From the IMG/VR virus record IMGVR_UViG_3300021399_000100: 64,000 bases of DNA, one strand, 5' to 3'. The notes beneath the pieces are model-generated. The model was not told the origin of the DNA, did no database searches, and saw only the letters and a program-made list of their open reading frames with translations. The translations under genes and the position numbers were made by a program. Shown one piece after another: positions 19,359 to 30,100 of this stretch (positions are counted from its first letter, which is position 1; every line of letters begins with the position of its first letter). This stretch comes from a virus (Duplodnaviria > Caudoviricetes).

Positions 19359-20048
19359 TCACTCAGTTATATCTATATTTTTTGTTGTGTTTCCTTTAAC
19401 TTGCACTGTAGGCGTTGCTGTAGTTCCTCCAGGGCATGAATGCGTGTGAGTATTGAACATTTGTATGAAATCTGATGTGACTACTTTTTTATTGCCTTTA
19501 GAACCTATCTTGAGCTTCTTGCAATCAAGGTCTATAGTATTAGCTTTCAAAGTAATCTTATCTTCTCCCATATCTATTGTCATGCCGTTCCCTTTAGCAT
19601 TCTGGATAGTAATATTATTGTCAGGCGATATAGTTATCTGATTAGAGCCTGTTTCTGTTTTGAGTTCGATTTGAAACCCTTTACTATCAGTATACATGAC
19701 AACGATGTGCTGACCGTTCTTAGTATTGATAGCTTTACCTCCTTGAACACTTTGGCCCAAGTTCTCTTGGTTCATCAGTACTACACCGTTCTGATAATCA
19801 GAATCATTCATATGTACTGTAGGAAACGGACAAAAATAATAATAGGTCTCATCATCCTTCAATACATTAACTTTAGACCCTAAAGGAGGAATCTGGTTAT
19901 ATATAAGAGGTGTTGCCCACGGAAGGTCATCTGTGGGGATCTGAGGTTGGCCAGCATCTTGGTCCGTATGAACACCAAATAATCTTACCTTGACTCTATT
20001 AAAATGTCTAGGGTCGGTATTATCTTCAACTATCCCTGTGAATATCAT
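19359..20048 (-). CDS. Baseplate central spike (gp5/gpV-like OB fold plus beta-helix)
   Basis: G.VEDN.DP....RVKVR.FG.H...DLPWA; C-terminal FNTHTH iron-binding tip. Confidence 0.85.
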   Translation of the reverse strand: MIFTGIVEDNTDPRHFNRVKVRLFGVHTDQDAGQPQIPTDDLPWATPLIYNQIPPLGSKVNVLKDDETYYYFCPFPTVHMNDSDYQNGVVLMNQENLGQSVQGGKAINTKNGQHIVVMYTDSKGFQIELKTETGSNQITISPDNNITIQNAKGNGMTIDMGEDKITLKANTIDLDCKKLKIGSKGNKKVVTSDFIQMFNTHTHSCPGGTTATPTVQVKGNTTKNIDITE

Positions 20049-20511
20049 AATCCTTAGTATGTATAACTTCTTGATTATTACTACCTACCCATTTCTTCTT
20101 AGGGCTAGTCCTTGATTTAATGAATTTACCTGTACACAACACATCTGCAAGCTTAAATACTTCGCTCAATGTACTGTCGTCTATTATCGCCTGTGTTTCG
20201 AACCCAGTATATACCCATATCGTCTTTGTTTGCCCAAATCTTTCTCTGAATCTACGAAGGATTCCTAGGAATTCTTCTCCTCCAAATAAGGGGTCTCCTC
20301 CTGTAAAGGTGATGCCATCTATATATGGATGGTCTACCATGTCGAAAAGTTCATTTTCTTTTTCTTCTGTAAATAGCTCTCCAGCATCAAATGAATGTGT
20401 CTGTGGATTGAAGCAACCAGGACAATTCCATTTACAGCCTGCAAAAAAGGCAACCACGCGTAAACCTTCGCCGTTTACATCGTCTGCGGGATATACATGT
20501 ATAATTCTCAT
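20026..20511 (-). CDS. nrdG: Anaerobic ribonucleotide reductase activating enzyme (radical SAM)
   Basis: NGEGLR..FFAGCKWNCPGCFN, GITFTGGDP, IWVYTG and GS.NQ. Confidence 0.93.
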   Translation of the reverse strand: MRIIHVYPADDVNGEGLRVVAFFAGCKWNCPGCFNPQTHSFDAGELFTEEKENELFDMVDHPYIDGITFTGGDPLFGGEEFLGILRRFRERFGQTKTIWVYTGFETQAIIDDSTLSEVFKLADVLCTGKFIKSRTSPKKKWVGSNNQEVIHTKDYDIHRDS

Positions 20512-20572
20512 GTTATTGTATTTTTAATTCAGTATAGTGATATATTTACGTGAATTCGTGTCCTTAAAAAAT

Positions 20573-20604
20573 AACAGGAGAGGGTGTTCAGTTCCTCTCC
20601 TGTT
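20573..20604 (-). terminator. Terminator after SSB gene
   Basis: aacaggagagg / cctctcctgtt. Confidence 0.7.
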
Positions 20605-20626
20605 TGAATATATTATCGAACCGCGA

Positions 20627-21868
20627 TTACATATCGGAAAATCCACCAGTGTTGAATGGATTAGATGCTTTCCCCTCCATGTTTCCAACAAATGGATTAG
20701 CTGGCTCTTTAGCACCAAATGGATTCGATTGCGGAGTAGTTGCTCCTCCGAAAGGATTAGCTGTACTCATTTGTGGCATATGACCTTGTGAGATCGCAGC
20801 AGCTGCTGTTCCTGCAGACGTTGCCATAGTAGTATTGATCTCATTGTAACGTTGTTCAAATTTAGCCCATACTTCTTCAGCAGCAGCAGCAGTAAATTTG
20901 CTCAAATCATATTTGACCAAGTTATCTGCAGTTACTTTCAAGTTCTTGAATGCTGCATAGAACTGAGCTTTCCATGCCTTGAATGCGTTCATATCGGTTC
21001 CGACAGTGACATATGCATTTGATGCAGTCTGGACTAGCTTGTCCATGCCTTGCGCGTAAGTTTGCAAACTTACGTTATATTCAAGTCGTCTGTCGCGGCT
21101 TTCATCATATGTCAGATTAATAACGATAGCCCTTGAGCTCGAAGGTACGACGAGTTCTGATAACTGGTCATACAGACCCTGCTCTTCAAATGCCTTGCCC
21201 ATTGAGTATGAAATTCTGAACAACACGAACTTGCCGACGGTTTCAGGATTGTTCTTGTTGCTGATTATCTGACACAATAAGAACTTGTTGTCGATTGTGC
21301 GGACTGTAGCCTTTCGCAAAGTATTATTGTCTTTAAGTGCAGTTAACATTTTCTGCAATACTTCGTCTCGGCCTCCTGCTACACGAGGAGAGATCTCATT
21401 AAAGATAGGATCACCCTCACCTGAAGGATCATTGATCAATGTAGAGATTGAATTGAACACCGAAATAGATGTGTGTGGGTCCTTCATAATAGGGTATGGA
21501 CGGACAGTAACAATGTTGCTCTCTTTGTAATTTAGAGAGAAGACTCCTTCTTCGGAAATTGGAACATAACCGAGATCACCAACTTGCGCAGTAACTTGCG
21601 AGCTTTCAACATTATCCAACCAGTCATCTCCGTCAAACTCTGATTCAGGCATTGCAAATTGCATAATACCTTTAGACTCATTAGACTGAAGTCCTGGTTC
21701 GGCTTCGTTGGCCACTAACGATTCATTGATAGGCTCTTCTACAGGATCACTTGGAATCGTGCTAGTGCCTGCTACAAATGGGTTGTAACTTGCAGCTTCA
21801 CGAGCGGCCTTTTCTGCAGCCAAACGCTTCTTGCGTTGATACTGCGTTTCTTTTACTTCTGCTGACAT
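20627..21868 (-). CDS. Single-stranded DNA-binding protein (T4 gp32-like)
   Basis: V.VRPYP and CQII..K.NPE.VGKF.LFR.S resemble the gp32 core; disordered termini; replication-class promoter at 21927-21936. Confidence 0.6.
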   Translation of the reverse strand: MSAEVKETQYQRKKRLAAEKAAREAASYNPFVAGTSTIPSDPVEEPINESLVANEAEPGLQSNESKGIMQFAMPESEFDGDDWLDNVESSQVTAQVGDLGYVPISEEGVFSLNYKESNIVTVRPYPIMKDPHTSISVFNSISTLINDPSGEGDPIFNEISPRVAGGRDEVLQKMLTALKDNNTLRKATVRTIDNKFLLCQIISNKNNPETVGKFVLFRISYSMGKAFEEQGLYDQLSELVVPSSSRAIVINLTYDESRDRRLEYNVSLQTYAQGMDKLVQTASNAYVTVGTDMNAFKAWKAQFYAAFKNLKVTADNLVKYDLSKFTAAAAEEVWAKFEQRYNEINTTMATSAGTAAAAISQGHMPQMSTANPFGGATTPQSNPFGAKEPANPFVGNMEGKASNPFNTGGFSDM

Positions 21869-21960
21869 ACGTAAAAATAAAATAAATAAAATACTATTGT
21901 TTAATAAGATACATTGCTCTTACATTTATATAATCATCTAAAAATACTTATATTTCTGCT

Positions 21961-22338
21961 TTACTTGAAGAAATATCTCGTCAATACAGTATTTTGTACT
22001 ATGATATCGATAACACATATAGGCTCATCATTGACGTTATAAGCCTTGCATTGTACTCTGATATCGACACCATCAGGCTTAACAATCCATTCATTAATAG
22101 CTCCCTGTACTATCCTTTCTATCTCACCACACTGCACTGTGGTTTCAAATATATAATGTTCCAGATCTATACCGAATGTAGGCTTCTCTATAAATTCTCC
22201 AGGCTTTGTGAACAACAGCATTTCTATCTGCTGGACCATAATATCCCACTCGTTGCTCAATTCAGTGAGATTATATCTGTACCTGCGATGGGTATCAGGA
22301 AAAGCAAATATATCGAAAGCCATACATGTAAATACCAT
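21961..22338 (-). CDS. Baseplate wedge protein gp25-like
   Basis: Q.I..LL.T.PGE....P.FG..L..Y.FE. Confidence 0.8.
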   Translation of the reverse strand: MVFTCMAFDIFAFPDTHRRYRYNLTELSNEWDIMVQQIEMLLFTKPGEFIEKPTFGIDLEHYIFETTVQCGEIERIVQGAINEWIVKPDGVDIRVQCKAYNVNDEPICVIDIIVQNTVLTRYFFK

Positions 22339-22351
22339 ATATTGTATTTAC
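22328..22351. promoter_or_regulatory. Divergent late promoter motifs GTAAATA
   Basis: 22328-22334 (+) and 22345-22351 (-). Confidence 0.55.
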
Positions 22352-22358
22352 ATCGCAA

Positions 22359-23606
22359 ATGTTCCCTAGGAAACAATATACATATCGTTCAGGAGGTTCA
22401 GTTGATTCTTTTAGTACTCCCATAAGAATGCTATGGCATGATAATATGCCGATAGGGTCTTTTGCATACCCTTACAAAAGTGAAACGGACGGAACTTCTA
22501 TATGGGACGATGATAATATAGATGACGTTTTTGCTATTTATACGTTAGGAGGTTGGCAATTCTGTCAGACAGATAGAAAAGAAGGTAATATCTTCAAGAT
22601 GTGGAAGATGGGCAGAGAAGGCGTGCCTGGTGATGCAACAGGAAAATTATACCGCACGTCACGTATAGCCTATCATTTGAACCCAAATACTCCATGCGGA
22701 AACATATTCATGAGAGAAATGCCTAGAGGGAACAATGACCCAGAATGGAGATTCTTGACATTCAATGTGTTACCTTTTCTAAACGCATATTATAACTATA
22801 ATGGGTCTACTGTAGAGGATGACGTAAGGAAATATATAATATGTTCTTCGTCGGATTGCAATGTACCTAATGAGTGGACATATACTCTTCATCTGGCTCC
22901 TAGATACGTGCTTACAAGCAATGACAATCGGGAAATAAAGGCTATATCAAAAGACACACCTGCCGGGATAGGAAAGGATTATTATAGTGTAGAGCAAGCA
23001 TCTAGGACTATTACCGGGCCATTCTCTAGTTCAGGTAGTTATGATACTCCTAATAATATACATGTTTCGTGGGGAGAATGGATGGGTGTCCGAACTAATA
23101 ATGATGACCGGAGAAAATATCGATATTTTGAAATCGATGTGCTAGAGAATAACAATAATGGCATGATGTTCACTAAGACAGACAGTCACCTAGCAGTCTA
23201 TAGTATATTCAATAATGAATCGTCGTACAAGAGACTCATATGGATTCTAAATCACCAAGATATACCTTCAGCAGGAGCCGCCGAAACAATAGATACTGCC
23301 CTAGAAACTATAGATGGTAGAAATCTATATTCATGCCATAAAATAGGGGACGAGCTGAGATTGAAATTAGGTGACCAGATAAGAATGGATGATGTTACAC
23401 TATTCTTATTCGATAGCTGTGAAAACGATGAGGAAAGAGCCGTCATAAGAGATACGCTGCTGGCAAAATATGGCACGGTCATAAAGAACATGGGCAGTCC
23501 AAACCCTTATCCATTACTGTGCTATAAGCCAAATATAGATATTCTTCCAGAAGGCAGTGCAACTTTAGAATTATTCAAAGAACAATGTACTATACGTAGA
23601 AACTAG
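22359..23606 (+). CDS. Hypothetical late/virion protein
   Basis: First gene of a late operon. Confidence 0.55.
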   Translation: MFPRKQYTYRSGGSVDSFSTPIRMLWHDNMPIGSFAYPYKSETDGTSIWDDDNIDDVFAIYTLGGWQFCQTDRKEGNIFKMWKMGREGVPGDATGKLYRTSRIAYHLNPNTPCGNIFMREMPRGNNDPEWRFLTFNVLPFLNAYYNYNGSTVEDDVRKYIICSSSDCNVPNEWTYTLHLAPRYVLTSNDNREIKAISKDTPAGIGKDYYSVEQASRTITGPFSSSGSYDTPNNIHVSWGEWMGVRTNNDDRRKYRYFEIDVLENNNNGMMFTKTDSHLAVYSIFNNESSYKRLIWILNHQDIPSAGAAETIDTALETIDGRNLYSCHKIGDELRLKLGDQIRMDDVTLFLFDSCENDEERAVIRDTLLAKYGTVIKNMGSPNPYPLLCYKPNIDILPEGSATLELFKEQCTIRRN

Positions 23607-23615
23607 TAATACTAT

Positions 23616-24911
23616 ATGCATACTATTTATATAAATGAAAATATAGCTGTTCAAGTTGAATCAGCCAAGATAGCGGGATCATTATATAAGCATGTGTCTT
23701 ATGTCAACAATGATAAATATATGTGGATTCCTCAGGGTAGAAATATTCCTGGAGGGTTCGAATCTTATGGTACATTGCAGACCCTTAGCACAACTCATAT
23801 GACTATATGGTTCAATAACATATCAACCGTCAAAGAGGCTGTTATTAAATTTATTGCAACATATAATAATTCTAGTGTAGACATATGGAGTGATGACGAA
23901 GTACATTATGCCTCATATAAAGAAAGGATATCTAATATCGAATTTGACAGATATATAGATGTGTTCTTACCTGATACTGCTTCATTGAGATCTCTATTTC
24001 CTGATCAATGGAATGACGGAGAACGTGCATCTATAAGTGCGAAGCTGTATATCGTTAACAAAAATGATAATAACACAGAAGCAGCTACGCTAGAGGAGCA
24101 GGTTGAAGAGCCATTCTTTACTTTTAGTATAAACGACCCAAATAAAGATATAGTAGGTATAGAAGCCGTACCTAATGGTAATCATATAGATGTTACTATA
24201 ACCACGTCAAATGCCACAGCATTCGCGAAGAAGCACAATAAAGGATATGCATGTTACACCATCACCCAATATACACACGATGGCATGGTGGACACATCAG
24301 ATACTATAACTGGAGTAGCTGAACGCCGTAAAGTGAGGTCTGATAAATATCTTATCAGTCTAGATAGCGCTCTTGCTGACGGCTCACTAGCATTCGCAAT
24401 CACACCGTCTGTCCTAGACATCTCTGTGAGTGAGGTTGTTATTGAAGCAAGCGCAACATTTTGGTATGATGACAATACGTCGCTGGCTGATAAGCATACT
24501 GGTATCTTAGACACTAATGCAGTATACATAACAAGAGACCCTGTTTCTCTAGCAGATAAAATACCATTGTCAAATGGTTTTTACGATGTAACATGGGACG
24601 ATGCATTAGTAGTGTACGCAGGTTCTGCTGCTAATTTTGTAGAGAGCCATAGATATGACCACGTACCCGGGCCAAGTTCCTTGAACGTGTACAATTGTAT
24701 CAAAGTATCATCCCCTAATGAAAATGCGTCAAAAACTAATGGATATACATTGTTCAAAGTGAACGTCGATAAAGAACAAGCTATATCTACTCCGACATCT
24801 ATTATAGTGCCTTATCATGATGTGATATGTACTGTAGGTGTTGCTGCACTCGAAAATATTGAAAATCATGCAGATACTACTCGTAACGATATATGGACAA
24901 GTCAGAAATAA
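23616..24911 (+). CDS. Hypothetical late/virion protein
   Basis: Large beta-rich ORF in the late operon. Confidence 0.55.
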   Translation: MHTIYINENIAVQVESAKIAGSLYKHVSYVNNDKYMWIPQGRNIPGGFESYGTLQTLSTTHMTIWFNNISTVKEAVIKFIATYNNSSVDIWSDDEVHYASYKERISNIEFDRYIDVFLPDTASLRSLFPDQWNDGERASISAKLYIVNKNDNNTEAATLEEQVEEPFFTFSINDPNKDIVGIEAVPNGNHIDVTITTSNATAFAKKHNKGYACYTITQYTHDGMVDTSDTITGVAERRKVRSDKYLISLDSALADGSLAFAITPSVLDISVSEVVIEASATFWYDDNTSLADKHTGILDTNAVYITRDPVSLADKIPLSNGFYDVTWDDALVVYAGSAANFVESHRYDHVPGPSSLNVYNCIKVSSPNENASKTNGYTLFKVNVDKEQAISTPTSIIVPYHDVICTVGVAALENIENHADTTRNDIWTSQK

Positions 24912-26491
24912 AGTTCAAATATAGATCAGGGTCCACTGTTGTAACTATACCATCAAGCATAGGACTTGGAGAATATTATGTCAATACCAGTTCGGGCTTC
25001 ATGTATCTGAAGAGTAACAATACCACAGACAACAGCTTGTTGTTTCCTGGTATCATTTTTTCAACAGTAGACGACGGAGCAGCAGATGATGATCTTCAGC
25101 CTAATGATACATATATTAATGCTACTGGCAAGCATTATCTGTTGTTTGAGAAATATGGAGTTAATTCTGGAAGATTCGTACCAGGAACTATTTCATCTAT
25201 ATGTATAGTCCATGCTGATTTAGCAGAGATTATAAATAATGCTATTAAGGTCAAGGTAGATTCTTCTTATATTACCCGTGTGACTAGTGAACTCGCTAAA
25301 GGTGCTCCAGTCTTTGCTGTTATAGGATATACAGATGATAGTTATAAGCTGAAGAATCAATTCGGGTCATCCTCTATGGTGAAATTACGAGATATAGATT
25401 CTAATGGATACGCTACTGTCGATTATGTAGTGAGTGGGTATCTCTTAATGAAAAATCCGCCAACATCGGATAATATTATCAATCTAGGAGTTACTGGTAT
25501 GTCCTGGCATATATATGACGAAGATATCACTCTAGAGGATGGCACACATATGTATGGAACTGTTCGTTTGATACGCCGATCAAATGAATACGCTCTAGAC
25601 ATATATACACCATACGCATCTGTATGCAACCGATCATGCGTTACTGTATATGAAAATGTCCAAAACGGATTCAGAATATCTATAGAGAATGATTCTACAG
25701 ATCGGTCTGTCGGATGTTTCATATCCACTACAACACAACTATCTGTTAAGGAAGCCCTTACATTTGCATTGTCATATCTTCCGATGGTATACGGGAAAGT
25801 AGCAACATATAGAAGTGGCAAAAAAGTATTCCCTGCTATAGCATCAGATGCTACTATAGCAATATCTATAGACAAAGCAAATCTATCTAACGGCATTGTC
25901 AACAGCCTAATGCACGCAGGTATACACAATATCAAAACACCTTCACGTACAGATAGCTTCGTTACTCTTAAAGTTATCAAGAGCAATAATACATTTTTAA
26001 AGGAATCTGTACCAGTTCTAGGAGGTCTAGAATTAAAAGTACAACCTCATAAATGTAGTATACCTGTTTGGGTGATAGATACGGATGATTATGAGAACGT
26101 TCCTGTCAGCTTCATACATGGAACTATATTTGGAGACGAGATGACATCGGATGCATTGAGCGCTTACAATCTTAATAATGACTGGAATATCTCATTGAAT
26201 AACAATATGTTAGATGAATTATCAGGATCTACAGAGTTCGTCCATATATCGTCTATGTATGCAACGCACAGAGAAACTCTACTAGGAGGAGATAATACAT
26301 GGACCCCTAATAGTAATGCTCGTGCAGCAGAACCTGTGTTCCTGATAATAGATTATCAGAAGATGTCATTGGATTTATCTGGGAGATCACAGTCCAACAC
26401 TGCAACAATCCGTAAATACATAAGATTGAGCAACCAACAAGACACCACAATATCAACGCCTCAAGGTGATATAACTATAGACATTTCGTAA
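24893..26491 (+). CDS. Hypothetical late protein, possible tail fibre/appendage
   Basis: N-terminal LGEYYVNT..G.MY resembles fibre-attachment domains. Confidence 0.45.
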   Translation: MDKSEIKFKYRSGSTVVTIPSSIGLGEYYVNTSSGFMYLKSNNTTDNSLLFPGIIFSTVDDGAADDDLQPNDTYINATGKHYLLFEKYGVNSGRFVPGTISSICIVHADLAEIINNAIKVKVDSSYITRVTSELAKGAPVFAVIGYTDDSYKLKNQFGSSSMVKLRDIDSNGYATVDYVVSGYLLMKNPPTSDNIINLGVTGMSWHIYDEDITLEDGTHMYGTVRLIRRSNEYALDIYTPYASVCNRSCVTVYENVQNGFRISIENDSTDRSVGCFISTTTQLSVKEALTFALSYLPMVYGKVATYRSGKKVFPAIASDATIAISIDKANLSNGIVNSLMHAGIHNIKTPSRTDSFVTLKVIKSNNTFLKESVPVLGGLELKVQPHKCSIPVWVIDTDDYENVPVSFIHGTIFGDEMTSDALSAYNLNNDWNISLNNNMLDELSGSTEFVHISSMYATHRETLLGGDNTWTPNSNARAAEPVFLIIDYQKMSLDLSGRSQSNTATIRKYIRLSNQQDTTISTPQGDITIDIS

Positions 26492-26492
26492 T

Positions 26493-27464
26493 ATGGGTGA
26501 ATTAGTATCATTTAGAAATATAAGAGAGGACGATCTATCATTCGCATTCTCCTCTGCTAGAGATAGCAAATATTCTGGGGCTTTTGTAAAAATAGGTTCA
26601 GGTGCCGTATCTGTGCAACCTGATAAACGACGCATACTGTTCCCTCATATAGGTTACCCAGAGTCACCAGGAACTCATGCAATAGCTATTATGCCTCATT
26701 CCTCTATGTCTATGGGAGGTTTTGCGTGGGAGGAGTTCAACACGTCTAGTTTTGGGGACGCCTTAGAGTTCACTTTTATAGAAGGCTCCACGAAGAATAC
26801 GTCATGGTATCCTTCTAATGATAATACATATAGGCATATTCATGCTAGACTGTATAATGTTACTGAATATCCGTTTGATTATTACATAAATGGCATGCTC
26901 GGTAAAGATGTTGATACTGATCTTATACAGAGCACATCTACTACTATATATCCTGGTGCATCTATGAGTTATATTCATGATGTACCAGTCCTTCATGCGA
27001 ATAATACTAGAATATGGATCAGTGATATAGCAAGCCATCTGGAAACTAGAGGAGTTAATAATGTTTCATTGATAGCAGATAATAGGTCTATGTATGAGAA
27101 GGATGGTGATACGACTTATGATTATCCTACCTCATGTGCCATGATTAATAATCATGATGCAAGCAAACTCATTGATAATGATACATTTACAACAGCAAAA
27201 ACTATACTATTAGGGTATTTAGACGACAAAGATGATCTATGTAAGCATATCAGTAAGCCAGTATCTGCATACATGTCTAGCATGCGTAGAGAGTTCTTAT
27301 CTATCAGAGTGATGAGACCATATATTATAACGCCATTAAGTACAAATGAAAAACTATGGAAATCTAATGCCCTTGATGTAGCTGCTCCTGAAGAGGTGGA
27401 CAGAATAGATGATGGCCATATAGAACTTATTGATGGGATGTGGGTTTCTGTAGATATTTCGTAA
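26493..27464 (+). CDS. Hypothetical late/virion protein
   Basis: Tightly coupled ORF. Confidence 0.55.
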   Translation: MGELVSFRNIREDDLSFAFSSARDSKYSGAFVKIGSGAVSVQPDKRRILFPHIGYPESPGTHAIAIMPHSSMSMGGFAWEEFNTSSFGDALEFTFIEGSTKNTSWYPSNDNTYRHIHARLYNVTEYPFDYYINGMLGKDVDTDLIQSTSTTIYPGASMSYIHDVPVLHANNTRIWISDIASHLETRGVNNVSLIADNRSMYEKDGDTTYDYPTSCAMINNHDASKLIDNDTFTTAKTILLGYLDDKDDLCKHISKPVSAYMSSMRREFLSIRVMRPYIITPLSTNEKLWKSNALDVAAPEEVDRIDDGHIELIDGMWVSVDIS

Positions 27465-27504
27465 ATAGATTAGCTATATATACAAAAGAACGCGCAGTGA
27501 AGTT

Positions 27505-28677
27505 ATGGTAAATGATTTGCATTTTAGGTTTACATATAAAGCAGATCCATGGAACTTGCTAAAAAATGAGCCAGATGGAGGCGATGCTATTAATGTATCA
27601 TTAGATACTCGTAAAGGAATGTCTTTCAAAATGGGAGACAGTACATCCTCTATTCCATCATTTATATATAGTGACTTCAAAAATGATGCGCATTTGTCAT
27701 CTCCAGGCGTAGGAACTTTTCTTATCGTAGCAGATAATGCTTCTAATTCTCTGAGGCTGATGAATGCAGGAGATTTCAGTGGTATAGAAGAAATTCCTCA
27801 GCTCACATCTAATAATACTCCAGACAACAAAACGATATATTATTATCGCAATGCTATAGGGTTTTCGTATACGTCTATAGGCAGTCAATTTCTATATGGC
27901 AATTACTTCAGCAAAAATGTGCCAGCTAGTAATGATTATATAGATTGTGTAAATTGGAGGGACTATCTCAGCAGCATTCATGACGTCTATATAGACAATG
28001 CTAACAGCTTTAGTGTGTTCAGCCGTTATGAAGGTCTGGGCATAGAAGGGACTGTAGGAGATAATGTACAGAGATACGCTAATTCATTTGGAGTCTTCCA
28101 GGCAAAACAGAAAGGAATCCATTATGGTATAGCATTAGGCTCTGCGGGTAGAGTTACTATAAATGATATAGACTTCCCTTCTTCATTCAGGGAATATATC
28201 TTGAACGGTTTGCATATTGAGTTAAACAATGCTATTCCGACAGGTTCTTCTATTCCATTATATTTTACAACATGTGGAATAGGACACTTGAGAATCAATG
28301 AGTTAGCTAGTATCAATTCTGTTTATGGCCGTATAAACTTTAACAATAACAATATAAATACTATCATGGGCCTGTCTACGGGATATAGACAGGTCAACAT
28401 TAGTAATATGAATATGCCATCTAAGAGCATACTCATATATAATAGTGATATACATATCTCTAATGACGCAGAGAGTGACGATGCAACCAGACCTCTCAAA
28501 GAATTGGCAGATAAGCATGACAGTACATCTATATGTTTAGTTGATGTTCGTTTGAAGACCATCAAAAAAGACAGAGGCAATATAATAAGTGATTCTATTT
28601 ATGCCAATAATAAGGGTTTTATTTGTGGATATAACAATATGACTGAAAAATGTATATGCATGACGATGGATGAGTAA
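27505..28677 (+). CDS. Hypothetical late/virion protein
   Basis: GTAAATA at 27461 upstream. Confidence 0.55.
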   Translation: MVNDLHFRFTYKADPWNLLKNEPDGGDAINVSLDTRKGMSFKMGDSTSSIPSFIYSDFKNDAHLSSPGVGTFLIVADNASNSLRLMNAGDFSGIEEIPQLTSNNTPDNKTIYYYRNAIGFSYTSIGSQFLYGNYFSKNVPASNDYIDCVNWRDYLSSIHDVYIDNANSFSVFSRYEGLGIEGTVGDNVQRYANSFGVFQAKQKGIHYGIALGSAGRVTINDIDFPSSFREYILNGLHIELNNAIPTGSSIPLYFTTCGIGHLRINELASINSVYGRINFNNNNINTIMGLSTGYRQVNISNMNMPSKSILIYNSDIHISNDAESDDATRPLKELADKHDSTSICLVDVRLKTIKKDRGNIISDSIYANNKGFICGYNNMTEKCICMTMDE

Positions 28678-28694
28678 AATGAACTGCTTACGAA

Positions 28695-29366
28695 CTAAAG
28701 ATTTTTATCATCGTTAATTAGCTTGAAGTTCATGTCACTTAACAATCCTCTAAACGCAGCAGATACCTTTTCAGCATGTCTCGTCCGTATTGTTACAATA
28801 TCTTCATAAATATTCTCATTTCCGCACACCTCTGTGCTCCCGTGAACTCTTGCATCTTTACATGCAACAGCACGTTCATAGACACTAGCGTATCCATACA
28901 CCCATGCGTCGCCATACACCCATGCATGTCCATAAACTCGGGCATGACCACGGACCTCTGCATTGTCATGGATATTAGCATACTCATAAGCAGCAGCATC
29001 TCCGCCAACATCGGCATGCTCATAAACTCGAGCGTGGTCATAGACTTCAGCACATCCGTGGACTTTGGCATAATCATAAATTCCTGCACGTCCATAGACT
29101 TTTGCATAATCACAAACTCGAGCATTGTCATAAATTTTTGCATCTCCAAAGACTTTGGCTTTTCCGCTAACAATAGCATTATGCCGTACTTCAGCATTAC
29201 CGTAAACACGGGCATCATGATACACCCAACAATTTCCCTCCTGAGAGAGATTGTCTTCAGACGCAATTAATCCTCCTCTGTCTCCTTTCTTGACATCAGA
29301 GAAATCTTTAAGGGCGATGATTCTTAGCATATCACCCTCTTTTATAGTTTCGTATTTCATTTCCAT
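28695..29366 (-). CDS. Hexapeptide-repeat left-handed beta-helix protein (4th paralog)
   Basis: LRIIALKDFSDVK.G..GG.I..E.NLSQEG.CW plus repeats; start moved to ATG 29366. Confidence 0.85.
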   Translation of the reverse strand: MEMKYETIKEGDMLRIIALKDFSDVKKGDRGGLIASEDNLSQEGNCWVYHDARVYGNAEVRHNAIVSGKAKVFGDAKIYDNARVCDYAKVYGRAGIYDYAKVHGCAEVYDHARVYEHADVGGDAAAYEYANIHDNAEVRGHARVYGHAWVYGDAWVYGYASVYERAVACKDARVHGSTEVCGNENIYEDIVTIRTRHAEKVSAAFRGLLSDMNFKLINDDKNL

Positions 29367-29389
29367 TTTACGTATTAGTTCGTTTAGCT

Positions 29390-29773
29390 TTATATTTCTA
29401 TTCTGAAAAAATGAGCAGTTGAATCTCCTGCAAAACTGTAAAAATACATCATATGCCAATCTTCATAAGTTTTTTCACCCTTATTGAAGTATTCATTATG
29501 TATTATATACTTTTCAGAGATGTCCAACGAATCACTTGGAATGTTTTTAAACGCGTATCCATTGGCACTTTTTTCTGAATACATTATACGATTATTTGTC
29601 AATGTATCAGTGAATAGCACTTGCCTTGTTCTTTCGCAGTACACTGTTATTACTTCGCATTCCCTCAAATATGGAATGCTTTTGACCGAAGTAGTGCCCT
29701 TATTTGCATCATTGCAGCAATTAAAACATAAAATTGCTACCAAATAAATTATAATCCTTTTAAACATTTTCAT
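29390..29773 (-). CDS. Putative lipoprotein
   Basis: Basic N-terminus, hydrophobic stretch, then Cys (FNCC). Confidence 0.5.
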   Translation of the reverse strand: MKMFKRIIIYLVAILCFNCCNDANKGTTSVKSIPYLRECEVITVYCERTRQVLFTDTLTNNRIMYSEKSANGYAFKNIPSDSLDISEKYIIHNEYFNKGEKTYEDWHMMYFYSFAGDSTAHFFRIEI

Positions 29774-29794
29774 AATTGTATTTTTGATATTTTA

Positions 29795-30100
29795 TTATAA
29801 TTCTTTTGCTAGTTTGAGCAAATATTCATAATACATCCTAGTACTGTCGTATCCAATTAGAAGTTCGTGTAACTTTTCTACAAAATGATTTACTATGGCT
29901 TCTTTATCAGATGCGATGAATGAGTCTATATTAAAGTAAAAAAAAGATACATTTGGGCTAACCTTATATGGTTCGCAGTCACTTGTGAATATTATGATAG
30001 TGTCTTTTGAATACGGGTCGGGCTCAACAGTAAGAATGTTTTTCTTGCTAAATCCGACATATAAAACATCACCAAATTTAAGATCTCCGAATTTTTTCAT
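29795..30100 (-). CDS. Hypothetical protein, MK.F.DL..GD family
   Basis: Paralog of 34076..34393 and 36852..37175. Confidence 0.7.
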   Translation of the reverse strand: MKKFGDLKFGDVLYVGFSKKNILTVEPDPYSKDTIIIFTSDCEPYKVSPNVSFFYFNIDSFIASDKEAIVNHFVEKLHELLIGYDSTRMYYEYLLKLAKEL

